This document shows positions 40,741 through 58,501 of a stretch of 64,000 nt of DNA, one piece after another (the first letter of the stretch is position 1; every line of letters starts with the position of its first letter). The notes beneath the pieces are model-generated. The model was not told the origin of the DNA. It made no database searches and saw nothing but the letters and a program-made list of their open reading frames with translations. The stretch lies in assembly GCF_018977255.1 (NCBI RefSeq), contig NW_024704742.1, positions 37,758,001 to 37,822,000 of the forward strand, written 5' to 3'. Source of the stretch: Callorhinchus milii (Eukaryota). Made by a program: the position numbers and the translations under genes.

Positions 40741-40842
40741 CCTTGCAGGGACCGGCCCTTGCAGGGACCGGCCCTTGCAGGGACCGGCCCTTGCAGGGAC
40801 CGGCCCTTGCAGGGACCGGCCCTTGCAGGGACCGGCCCTTGC
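40741..40842. repeat. 16-bp minisatellite, ~6 units
   Basis: Read directly. Confidence 0.97.
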
Positions 40843-42400
40843 AAATCATTTGCTCCTCGCAGAATGATTGATGCAGAAGTACGGGCCTTTGTACTGAAAA
40901 ATACAAATTAAACTTTACAACAATAGTACTTGTGAGGGTTGGGTTAAACTCATTTTAAAATGTCAGCATCAATTTATACCTCACTTTTAGAAATCAGAAT
41001 CTAGATCCCTTTTTCAATCACAAACATTGTGTGCACTGCTCCTGAATGAACAATACCTATTGCTTATATACTGTTATGCAAAGCAATATTCATTGCCGAC
41101 TTAAACCAGGAATAGATGTGACAGTTCTACTTTCATCAGCAAACTGCTTAGATTATATTTATATGCACAACAAAATTAATCTGCATCTGTGCAGTCAATA
41201 TAAAAAAAATTCAACCCCATTACAATCCCAACACCTTTTTCAATTCTGCAACACTAACAGTAACATTACAAGATACTACACTGTATACATTGGAGATAAT
41301 TTTTTATGTTCAGCTAATGCATTACTGAGAAGACATCAGCAAGGTCTTCAGTCACACAAGGCTGAATATTCTCTATCCCAAGCGTACAACTGCTCATGCC
41401 ACAGATATTAGCAGGGCAGCAAATAAATGGGAGTTCAGTAAGTTGTACATGTTTTTCTTACTTTTTAACAAGTATCAGTTCATCATCGCATATCCTTTCT
41501 TGAACCACCTCCTCAGCTTGGCCCACTAAAGAGGGATCAAAACTCTCATCTCCTTCCAAGTTTGCAAGAGTTGAACAGATAGTTGCTATAAACAAAAACA
41601 GGTAAAAATCATCAGAATAGGTTTCTCAGTCCAAGACACCCTTTTCTGATTTACGGACTTTTAACACTTCAACAAAATTACATTTGTATAGCGCCTTTCA
41701 TGTCGGGAGGACGTCAGAATCACTAGGAAAATTCCAGCTGATTCCGAATGCCAACCTTTCAAAATTGAATGACATTAATATTGGACATTAAACTCGATAG
41801 CTTGTCACTCCAAGGGTAAAGAGCTGAGCAATAAGTTATCCGGAGTAGCGAGTTTGATAAAGGTCCTCCCAGCTGCTCCGTGGCTTTTGGCCCTATCCTG
41901 TCACACGATAAGATGTAAGACAGCGTAGCAGGCCTCTGCAACGCATCTGAGCATAGGCACCCAACCTCCGCTACCAATCACAGCATCGGGCTGGAGGCCT
42001 TTGTAATGCAAGATGCCATATTACAGAACGAGTTATCAGATCAATTTTCGACTAAGAAGATAGCGAATAAGCTATTTTCTGCTCGCTGGATTCAAACAAT
42101 CTGAGTCAGTCATAGTGGCTATCACTAGCCATTATGAATGTCAGCACAGACAGAGGCTACTCAGTGCACCATTGATCCGCGCTAGGAGTTGGGCCCACAG
42201 AATAAAATTAATGTTTTTGGTTTTGGGCCTCGTCCAACCAGGTCGGAATTCCGGATAACTGGAGTCCAATAAGGCAGGGGATCACTAGTTTGAAAGTATG
42301 TATAATTCAAAACAGTAACCTAGTAAAAAAAATTGCTGCACTTACCTCCACTGGCCTTAACAATTCGTCTGAGGTCTTTCTTCAGACAACGGCGTAATGC
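40843..42400 (-). pseudogene. TCP1: TCP1 internal fragment, unit 3
   Basis: Copy of 34468-36036. Confidence 0.9.
41304..41434 (-). ncRNA. SNORA20: SNORA20 copy 3
   Basis: Same sequence as copy 1 by eye. Confidence 0.88.
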
Positions 42401-43632
42401 CCTGCAGGGACCTGCGCTGCAGGGACCTGCGCTGCAGGGACCTGCCCTACATCCTCCCATCACAGCATCAAGCTAATTCTAAATATATCCAATATATCAA
42501 GCAGGAAGTACATCATCCAACCCCAGGAACTCTAAATTTAGAGTAGAGTTCCAACAGATATCTACGATTATCATAGATATACCTTTGGTCACTGGAAAGA
42601 GTTCCCACTTTATTTCCTAAAACTAGTTTGTCCTAAAAATATAATAAATTTGAACTTGTAAAAAATATATAGGGATGGAAATGTTTTCATACCATAAATA
42701 ATCGCCCAAATAATTGTTGCATTTGATATAGTGGTTAGAACACTGAAACATCTCAAAGCACTTCACATATAATTGCTGTCAAATGTAATGACTGTATATT
42801 TGTAAATAGTTGCAACATCCTTCTGACACAGAGACAAGATTGCTACCAACTGAGCTCAGTTGACAAATAATAAATAGAGGCCAGAAATGTTTTTAAGTTT
42901 TGGTACAGAATTCTTTGAAAGTAAAGTAACTATTGTAATTACTTTACAGGAATAAAGCTACTCCTGAGAGTTTAAATAATTATAATATTCCTTGCATTTG
43001 ATATCATGCCTTTCATGTCGGGAGGTTGTCACAAAGCGTTTCACAGGATTTATTTTAAAGTATAGTGACTGAACTGAGATCTCGAGAGCAGCTGGCAGTC
43101 AAATGACAAAGAATGGAAAACAGGTATTTAAAAACCAAAGTCAGATGATGCTCTAACGGCCCACTGGGTAAAAGTACCAACTGCCGTAGCATTAAACCTT
43201 GCATTTGATATAGTGCATTTAATATAGAATCTCAGGAATGTCACAAGTTTGATCTCAATAAGAACTACTCCGAGATGCAATACCATGCGAAGGCTGCTAT
43301 GTAAATGCAGGTTGTTGTTGTTGCTTTGGGTTATTATGACTGGTCTCAGAGTCCCTGGCTTGGGAGAGTTCATGCTTCTGACTGACTCTCTTGCCCCATT
43401 GGAACCTGAGCATGGTCACAAGATGTCAGGTAATTTTAGGGTCAGCCTTATCACAAGATTGGTCTGGATTGACAACAATCACTCTCGCTCTCAAGGCTCA
43501 CTCACAAAGAATGAGCACTAATGGAGATGGAGGAAGGTAACTGGTGCCTATAGAACTGTAACCCAGCAAAGGATCACCTGAAAACAACAAAACAACAACA
43601 ACAAGATAGCATTTATAGAGCGCCATTCAGCG

Positions 43633-46198
43633 CCTTGCAGGGACCGGCCCTTGCAGGGACCGGCCCTTGCAGGGACCGGCCCTTGCAGGGACCGGCCCTT
43701 GCAGGGACCGGCCCTTGCAGGGACCGGCCCTTGCAGGGACCGGCCCTTGCAGGGACCGGCCCTTGCAGGGACCGGCCCTTGCAGGGACCGGCCCTTGCAG
43801 GGACCGGCCCTTGCAGGGACCGGCCCTTGCAGGGACCGGCCCTTGCAGGGACCGGCCCTTGCAGGGACCGGCCCTTGCAGGGACCGGCCCTTGCAGGGAC
43901 CGGCCCTTGCAGGGACCGGCCCTTGCAGGGACCGGCCCTTGCAGGGACCGGCCCTTGCAGGGACCGGCCCTTGCAGGGACCGGCCCTTGCAGGGACCGGC
44001 CCTTGCAGGGACCGGCCCTTGCAGGGACCGGCCCTTGCAGGGACCGGCCCTTGCAGGGACCGGCCCTTGCAGGGACCGGCCCTTGCAGGGACCGGCCCTT
44101 GCAGGGACCGGCCCTTGCAGGGACCGGCCCTTGCAGGGACCGGCCCTTGCAGGGACCGGCCCTTGCAGGGACCGGCCCTTGCAGGGACCGGCCCTTGCAG
44201 GGACTGGCCCTTGCAGGGACCGGCCCTTGCAGGGACCGGCCCTTGCAGGGACCGGCCCTTGCAGGGACCGGCCCTTGCAGGGACCGGCCCTGGCAGGGAC
44301 CGGCCCTTGCAGGGACCGGCCCTTGCAGGGACCGGCCCTTGCAGGGACCGGCCCTTGCAGGGACCGGCCCTTGCAGGGACCGGCCCTTGCAGGGACCGGC
44401 CCTTGCAGGGACCGGCCCTTGCAGGGACCGGCCCTTGCAGGGACCGGCCCTTGCAGGGACCGGCCCTTGCAGGGACCGGCCCTTGCAGGGACCGGCCCTT
44501 GCAGGGACCGGCCCTTGCAGGGACCGGCCCTTGCAGGGACCGGCCCTTGCAGGGACCGGCCCTTGCAGGGACCGGCCCTTGCAGGGACCGGCCCTTGCAG
44601 GGACCGGCCCTTGCAGGGACCGGCCCTTGCAGGGACCGGCCCTTGCAGGGACCGGCCCTTGCAGGGACCGGCCCTTGCAGGGACCGGCCCTTGCAGGGAC
44701 CGGCCCTTGCAGGGACCGGCCCTTGCAGGGACCGGCCCTTGCAGGGACCGGCCCTTGCAGGGACCGGCCCTTGCAGGGACCGGCCCTTGCAGGGACCGGC
44801 CCTTGCAGGGACCGGCCCTTGCAGGGACCGGCCCTTGCAGGGACCGGCCCTTGCAGGGACCGGCCCTTGCAGGGACCGGCCCTTGCAGGGACCGGCCCTT
44901 GCAGGGACCGGCCCTTGCAGGGACCGGCCCTTGCAGGGACCGGCCCTTGCAGGGACCGGCCCTTGCAGGGACCGGCCCTTGCAGGGACCGGCCCTTGCAG
45001 GGACCGGCCCTTGCAGGGACCGGCCCTTGCAGGGACCGGCCCTTGCAGGGACCGGCCCTTGCAGGGACCGGCCCTTGCAGGGACCGGCCCTTGCAGGGAC
45101 CGGCCCTTGCAGGGACCGGCCCTTGCAGGGACCGGCCCTTGCAGGGACCGGCCCTTGCAGGGACCGGCCCTTGCAGGGACCGGCCCTTGCAGGGACCGGC
45201 CCTTGCAGGGACCGGCCCTTGCAGGGACCGGCCCTTGCAGGGACCGGCCCTTGCAGGGACCGGCCCTTGCAGGGACCGGCCCTTGCAGGGACCGGCCCTT
45301 GCAGGGACCGGCCCTTGCAGGGACCGGCCCTTGCAGGGACCGGCCCTTGCAGGGACCGGCCCTTGCAGGGACCGGCCCTTGCAGGGACCGGCCCTTGCAG
45401 GGACCGGCCCTTGCAGGGACCGGCCCTTGCAGGGACCGGCCCTTGCAGGGACCGGCCCTTGCAGGGACCGGCCCTTGCAGGGACCGGCCCTTGCAGGGAC
45501 CGGCCCTTGCAGGGACCGGCCCTTGCAGGGACCGGCCCTTGCAGGGACCGGCCCTTGCAGGGACCGGCCCTTGCAGGGACCGGCCCTTGCAGGGACCGGC
45601 CCTTGCAGGGACCGGCCCTTGCAGGGACCGGCCCTTGCAGGGACCGGCCCTTGCAGGGACCGGCCCTTGCAGGGACCGGCCCTTGCAGGGACCGGCCCTT
45701 GCAGGGACCGGCCCTTGCAGGGACCGGCCCTTGCAGGGACCGGCCCTTGCAGGGACCGGCCCTTGCAGGGACCGGCCCTTGCAGGGACCGGCCCTTGCAG
45801 GGACCGGCCCTTGCAGGGACCGGCCCTTGCAGGGACCGGCCCTTGCAGGGACCGGCCCTTGCAGGGACCGGCCCTTGCAGGGACCGGCCCTTGCAGGGAC
45901 CGGCCCTTGCAGGGACCGGCCCTTGCAGGGACCGGCCCTTGCAGGGACCGGCCCTTGCAGGGACCGGCCCTTGCAGGGACCGGCCCTTGCAGGGACCGGC
46001 CCTTGCAGGGACCGGCCCTTGCAGGGACCGGCCCTTGCAGGGACCGGCCCTTGCAGGGACCGGCCCTTGCAGGGACCGGCCCTTGCAGGGACCGGCCCTT
46101 GCAGGGACCGGCCCTTGCAGGGACCGGCCCTTGCAGGGACCGGCCCTTGCAGGGACCGGCCCTTGCAGGGACCGGCCCTTGCAGGGACCGGCCCTTGC
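43633..46198. repeat. 16-bp minisatellite, ~160 nearly pure units
   Basis: Read directly; only two variant units noticed (~44205 and ~44292). Confidence 0.98.
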
Positions 46199-47756
46199 AA
46201 ATCATTTGCTCCTCGCAGAATGATTGATGCAGAAGTACGGGCCTTTGTACTGAAAAATACAAATTAAACTTTACAACAATAGTACTTGTGAGGGTTGGGT
46301 TAAACTCATTTTAAAATGTCAGCATCAATTTATACCTCACTTTTAGAAATCAGAATCTAGATCCCTTTTTCAATCACAAACATTGTGTGCACTGCTCCTG
46401 AATGAACAATACCTATTGCTTATATACTGTTATGCAAAGCAATATTCATTGCCGACTTAAACCAGGAATAGATGTGACAGTTCTACTTTCATCAGCAAAC
46501 TGCTTAGATTATATTTATATGCACAACAAAATTAATCTGCATCTGTGCAGTCAATATAAAAAAAATTCAACCCCATTACAATCCCAACACCTTTTTCAAT
46601 TCTGCAACACTAACAGTAACATTACAAGATACTACACTGTATACATTGGAGATAATTTTTTATGTTCAGCTAATGCATTACTGAGAAGACATCAGCAAGG
46701 TCTTCAGTCACACAAGGCTGAATATTCTCTATCCCAAGCGTACAACTGCTCATGCCACAGATATTAGCAGGGCAGCAAATAAATGGGAGTTCAGTAAGTT
46801 GTACATGTTTTTCTTACTTTTTAACAAGTATCAGTTCATCATCGCATATCCTTTCTTGAACCACCTCCTCAGCTTGGCCCACTAAAGAGGGATCAAAACT
46901 CTCATCTCCTTCCAAGTTTGCAAGAGTTGAACAGATAGTTGCTATAAACAAAAACAGGTAAAAATCATCAGAATAGGTTTCTCAGTCCAAGACACCCTTT
47001 TCTGATTTACGGACTTTTAACACTTCAACAAAATTACATTTGTATAGCGCCTTTCATGTCGGGAGGACGTCAGAATCACTAGGAAAATTCCAGCTGATTC
47101 CGAATGCCAACCTTTCAAAATTGAATGACATTAATATTGGACATTAAACTCGATAGCTTGTCACTCCAAGGGTAAAGAGCTGAGCAATAAGTTATCCGGA
47201 GTAGCGAGTTTGATAAAGGTCCTCCCAGCTGCTCCGTGGCTTTTGGCCCTATCCTGTCACACGATAAGATGTAAGACAGCGTAGCAGGCCTCTGCAACGC
47301 ATCTGAGCATAGGCACCCAACCTCCGCTACCAATCACAGCATCGGGCTGGAGGCCTTTGTAATGCAAGATGCCATATTACAGAACGAGTTATCAGATCAA
47401 TTTTCGACTAAGAAGATAGCGAATAAGCTATTTTCTGCTCGCTGGATTCAAACAATCTGAGTCAGTCATAGTGGCTATCACTAGCCATTATGAATGTCAG
47501 CACAGACAGAGGCTACTCAGTGCACCATTGATCCGCGCTAGGAGTTGGGCCCACAGAATAAAATTAATGTTTTTGGTTTTGGGCCTCGTCCAACCAGGTC
47601 GGAATTCCGGATAACTGGAGTCCAATAAGGCAGGGGATCACTAGTTTGAAAGTATGTATAATTCAAAACAGTAACCTAGTAAAAAAAATTGCTGCACTTA
47701 CCTCCACTGGCCTTAACAATTCGTCTGAGGTCTTTCTTCAGACAACGGCGTAATGC
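46199..47756 (-). pseudogene. TCP1: TCP1 internal fragment, unit 4
   Basis: Copy of 34468-36036. Confidence 0.9.
46660..46790 (-). ncRNA. SNORA20: SNORA20 copy 4
   Basis: Same sequence as copy 1 by eye. Confidence 0.88.
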
Positions 47757-48988
47757 CCTGCAGGGACCTGCGCTGCAGGGACCTGCGCTGCAGGGACCTG
47801 CCCTACATCCTCCCATCACAGCATCAAGCTAATTCTAAATATATCCAATATATCAAGCAGGAAGTACATCATCCAACCCCAGGAACTCTAAATTTAGAGT
47901 AGAGTTCCAACAGATATCTACGATTATCATAGATATACCTTTGGTCACTGGAAAGAGTTCCCACTTTATTTCCTAAAACTAGTTTGTCCTAAAAATATAA
48001 TAAATTTGAACTTGTAAAAAATATATAGGGATGGAAATGTTTTCATACCATAAATAATCGCCCAAATAATTGTTGCATTTGATATAGTGGTTAGAACACT
48101 GAAACATCTCAAAGCACTTCACATATAATTGCTGTCAAATGTAATGACTGTATATTTGTAAATAGTTGCAACATCCTTCTGACACAGAGACAAGATTGCT
48201 ACCAACTGAGCTCAGTTGACAAATAATAAATAGAGGCCAGAAATGTTTTTAAGTTTTGGTACAGAATTCTTTGAAAGTAAAGTAACTATTGTAATTACTT
48301 TACAGGAATAAAGCTACTCCTGAGAGTTTAAATAATTATAATATTCCTTGCATTTGATATCATGCCTTTCATGTCGGGAGGTTGTCACAAAGCGTTTCAC
48401 AGGATTTATTTTAAAGTATAGTGACTGAACTGAGATCTCGAGAGCAGCTGGCAGTCAAATGACAAAGAATGGAAAACAGGTATTTAAAAACCAAAGTCAG
48501 ATGATGCTCTAACGGCCCACTGGGTAAAAGTACCAACTGCCGTAGCATTAAACCTTGCATTTGATATAGTGCATTTAATATAGAATCTCAGGAATGTCAC
48601 AAGTTTGATCTCAATAAGAACTACTCCGAGATGCAATACCATGCGAAGGCTGCTATGTAAATGCAGGTTGTTGTTGTTGCTTTGGGTTATTATGACTGGT
48701 CTCAGAGTCCCTGGCTTGGGAGAGTTCATGCTTCTGACTGACTCTCTTGCCCCATTGGAACCTGAGCATGGTCACAAGATGTCAGGTAATTTTAGGGTCA
48801 GCCTTATCACAAGATTGGTCTGGATTGACAACAATCACTCTCGCTCTCAAGGCTCACTCACAAAGAATGAGCACTAATGGAGATGGAGGAAGGTAACTGG
48901 TGCCTATAGAACTGTAACCCAGCAAAGGATCACCTGAAAACAACAAAACAACAACAACAAGATAGCATTTATAGAGCGCCATTCAGCG

Positions 48989-49617
48989 CCTTGCAGGGAC
49001 CGGCCCTTGCAGGGACCGGCCCTTGCAGGGACCGGCCCTTGCAGGGACCGGCCCTTGCAGGGACCGGCCCTTGCAGGGACCGGCCCTTGCAGGGACCGGC
49101 CCTTGCAGGGACCGGCCCTTGCAGGGACCGGCCCTTGCAGGGACCGGCCCTTGCAGGGACCGGCCCTTGCAGGGACCGGCCCTTGCAGGGACCGGCCCTT
49201 GCAGGGACCGGCCCTTGCAGGGACCGGCCCTTGCAGGGACCGGCCCTTGCAGGGACCGGCCCTTGCAGGGACCGGCCCTTGCAGGGACCGGCCCTTGCAG
49301 GGACCGGCCCTTGCAGGGACCGGCCCTTGCTGGGACCGGCCCTTGCTGGGACCGGCCCTTGCAGGGACCGGCCCTTGCTGGGACCGGCCCTTGCTGGGAC
49401 CGGCCCTTGCTGGGACCGGCCCTTGCTGGGACCGGCCCTTGCTGGGACCGGCCCTTGCGGGACCGGCCCTTGCAGGGACCGGCCCTTGCTGGGACCGGCC
49501 CTTGCTGGGACCGGCCCTTGCTGGGACCGGCCCTTGCAGGGACCGGCCCTTGCTGGGACCGGCCCTTGCTGGGACCGGCCCTTGCTGGGACCGGCCCTTG
49601 CAGGGACCGGCCCTTGC
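48989..49617. repeat. 16-bp minisatellite, ~39 units with TTGCTGGG variants in the right half
   Basis: Read directly. Confidence 0.97.
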
Positions 49618-51175
49618 AAATCATTTGCTCCTCGCAGAATGATTGATGCAGAAGTACGGGCCTTTGTACTGAAAAATACAAATTAAACTTTACAACAATA
49701 GTACTTGTGAGGGTTGGGTTAAACTCATTTTAAAATGTCAGCATCAATTTATACCTCACTTTTAGAAATCAGAATCTAGATCCCTTTTTCAATCACAAAC
49801 ATTGTGTGCACTGCTCCTGAATGAACAATACCTATTGCTTATATACTGTTATGCAAAGCAATATTCATTGCCGACTTAAACCAGGAATAGATGTGACAGT
49901 TCTACTTTCATCAGCAAACTGCTTAGATTATATTTATATGCACAACAAAATTAATCTGCATCTGTGCAGTCAATATAAAAAAAATTCAACCCCATTACAA
50001 TCCCAACACCTTTTTCAATTCTGCAACACTAACAGTAACATTACAAGATACTACACTGTATACATTGGAGATAATTTTTTATGTTCAGCTAATGCATTAC
50101 TGAGAAGACATCAGCAAGGTCTTCAGTCACACAAGGCTGAATATTCTCTATCCCAAGCGTACAACTGCTCATGCCACAGATATTAGCAGGGCAGCAAATA
50201 AATGGGAGTTCAGTAAGTTGTACATGTTTTTCTTACTTTTTAACAAGTATCAGTTCATCATCGCATATCCTTTCTTGAACCACCTCCTCAGCTTGGCCCA
50301 CTAAAGAGGGATCAAAACTCTCATCTCCTTCCAAGTTTGCAAGAGTTGAACAGATAGTTGCTATAAACAAAAACAGGTAAAAATCATCAGAATAGGTTTC
50401 TCAGTCCAAGACACCCTTTTCTGATTTACGGACTTTTAACACTTCAACAAAATTACATTTGTATAGCGCCTTTCATGTCGGGAGGACGTCAGAATCACTA
50501 GGAAAATTCCAGCTGATTCCGAATGCCAACCTTTCAAAATTGAATGACATTAATATTGGACATTAAACTCGATAGCTTGTCACTCCAAGGGTAAAGAGCT
50601 GAGCAATAAGTTATCCGGAGTAGCGAGTTTGATAAAGGTCCTCCCAGCTGCTCCGTGGCTTTTGGCCCTATCCTGTCACACGATAAGATGTAAGACAGCG
50701 TAGCAGGCCTCTGCAACGCATCTGAGCATAGGCACCCAACCTCCGCTACCAATCACAGCATCGGGCTGGAGGCCTTTGTAATGCAAGATGCCATATTACA
50801 GAACGAGTTATCAGATCAATTTTCGACTAAGAAGATAGCGAATAAGCTATTTTCTGCTCGCTGGATTCAAACAATCTGAGTCAGTCATAGTGGCTATCAC
50901 TAGCCATTATGAATGTCAGCACAGACAGAGGCTACTCAGTGCACCATTGATCCGCGCTAGGAGTTGGGCCCACAGAATAAAATTAATGTTTTTGGTTTTG
51001 GGCCTCGTCCAACCAGGTCGGAATTCCGGATAACTGGAGTCCAATAAGGCAGGGGATCACTAGTTTGAAAGTATGTATAATTCAAAACAGTAACCTAGTA
51101 AAAAAAATTGCTGCACTTACCTCCACTGGCCTTAACAATTCGTCTGAGGTCTTTCTTCAGACAACGGCGTAATGC
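49618..51175 (-). pseudogene. TCP1: TCP1 internal fragment, unit 5
   Basis: Copy of 34468-36036. Confidence 0.9.
50079..50209 (-). ncRNA. SNORA20: SNORA20 copy 5
   Basis: Same sequence as copy 1 by eye. Confidence 0.88.
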
Positions 51176-52407
51176 CCTGCAGGGACCTGCGCTGCAGGGA
51201 CCTGCGCTGCAGGGACCTGCCCTACATCCTCCCATCACAGCATCAAGCTAATTCTAAATATATCCAATATATCAAGCAGGAAGTACATCATCCAACCCCA
51301 GGAACTCTAAATTTAGAGTAGAGTTCCAACAGATATCTACGATTATCATAGATATACCTTTGGTCACTGGAAAGAGTTCCCACTTTATTTCCTAAAACTA
51401 GTTTGTCCTAAAAATATAATAAATTTGAACTTGTAAAAAATATATAGGGATGGAAATGTTTTCATACCATAAATAATCGCCCAAATAATTGTTGCATTTG
51501 ATATAGTGGTTAGAACACTGAAACATCTCAAAGCACTTCACATATAATTGCTGTCAAATGTAATGACTGTATATTTGTAAATAGTTGCAACATCCTTCTG
51601 ACACAGAGACAAGATTGCTACCAACTGAGCTCAGTTGACAAATAATAAATAGAGGCCAGAAATGTTTTTAAGTTTTGGTACAGAATTCTTTGAAAGTAAA
51701 GTAACTATTGTAATTACTTTACAGGAATAAAGCTACTCCTGAGAGTTTAAATAATTATAATATTCCTTGCATTTGATATCATGCCTTTCATGTCGGGAGG
51801 TTGTCACAAAGCGTTTCACAGGATTTATTTTAAAGTATAGTGACTGAACTGAGATCTCGAGAGCAGCTGGCAGTCAAATGACAAAGAATGGAAAACAGGT
51901 ATTTAAAAACCAAAGTCAGATGATGCTCTAACGGCCCACTGGGTAAAAGTACCAACTGCCGTAGCATTAAACCTTGCATTTGATATAGTGCATTTAATAT
52001 AGAATCTCAGGAATGTCACAAGTTTGATCTCAATAAGAACTACTCCGAGATGCAATACCATGCGAAGGCTGCTATGTAAATGCAGGTTGTTGTTGTTGCT
52101 TTGGGTTATTATGACTGGTCTCAGAGTCCCTGGCTTGGGAGAGTTCATGCTTCTGACTGACTCTCTTGCCCCATTGGAACCTGAGCATGGTCACAAGATG
52201 TCAGGTAATTTTAGGGTCAGCCTTATCACAAGATTGGTCTGGATTGACAACAATCACTCTCGCTCTCAAGGCTCACTCACAAAGAATGAGCACTAATGGA
52301 GATGGAGGAAGGTAACTGGTGCCTATAGAACTGTAACCCAGCAAAGGATCACCTGAAAACAACAAAACAACAACAACAAGATAGCATTTATAGAGCGCCA
52401 TTCAGCG

Positions 52408-52445
52408 CCTTGCAGGGACCGGCCCTGGCCGGGACCGGCCCTTGC
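52408..52445. repeat. 16-bp minisatellite, ~2 units (one degenerate)
   Basis: CCTTGCAGGGACCGGCCCTGGCCGGGACCGGCCCTTGC. Confidence 0.92.
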
Positions 52446-57385
<4,940 letters not shown>

Positions 57386-58501
57386 ATTACTCCTAAATTT
57401 TACGACAAGAACTGAAGATACTCTGCAGCTAAGCTACTGACTGGATAAAATTGAGGTTTTATTTTAGAGGTTACAGCCTGATTCCAATGAAATGTAGGTG
57501 CATTTTGTTTTTATAATGAATGTGTAAAGTAGGTAGGTTTTAAAACTATTCAAAACTTCAGTCCACATAAAATGGTTCTGAAAATTAGTGTAACTTTTAA
57601 ATATTTGATTAAATGTACTGAAGTTTGAAATCATAGTAATATTGTGTATGTGCAATCCATACTTTTGTTAAAATTCATAAGTTCCTTCCTATTATCTCTC
57701 AATTCAGATTGACCATTTTTTTCTTTATGAAATAAATTGCTCAATGTACCATTGCTGAATCTTGTAAACTGACTCTCAAATTACATCAAGTGCCAGTATT
57801 TATAGAAGGGCAAAATGGTTGAATACATGTGAGAAAGCAGGGGAACATTCATTGTATTTTAATTTTGCTTTAATTGATTTACAAATGCTCCCTAATACTT
57901 TTGAGCATTTTATCATTCCCCATGGTAAGATCAGCAACCAAGAATCAGAGAGGTTACTTATTTGGGGAGATAATAATCATCCTTGTATTTGATATAGTGC
58001 CTTATTACATCCTTCCCCAGTAGTATTTTTAATGAATGTTTTCCCCAGTGAATTTGTGTGAGAGAGAAATCATGTCCACAATGAAATAACATACACAATT
58101 AATTAGATTTGAAAAGACCAGAAGCACAACATCAACGTTTATTCATGAAATTAAGGTGATCTCTTAACAGCTCCCTACATAGATGGGCTGATCACTTGAC
58201 AACTGTCACATTTTATTTCTGAAGGAGCTTGAAGCACAACTGTCAATGTACAGGAAATAATTTTGCACAAATAACTTGAAAGAGTTGACTATAGGTAACA
58301 AAGTAAGAGGTCTTTTAAATCCGGTTTGTGCCAAATAGCACTAAACAAGCATAGTAAATTAAACAGAGCACTAAACAAGTGGCACTGGATTTCAGACACG
58401 TATGACAAGCTGCTCAATCTAGAACAGAAGTACAAGAAGCACCTGATGGATGCCAAGAGTTAAACATGAATTATAACAGCTGATTTTAGAACTCAGGTGC
58501 T

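Noticed and set aside
43548-46267. 850-900 aa ORFs on both strands (QGPALAGTGPCRDRPL / QGPVPARAGPCKGRSL repeats), one in frame with TCP1 exon 10
   Set aside because: The 16-bp unit has no stop codon in any frame; ORF length just tracks array length, and there is no start context or promoter evidence.
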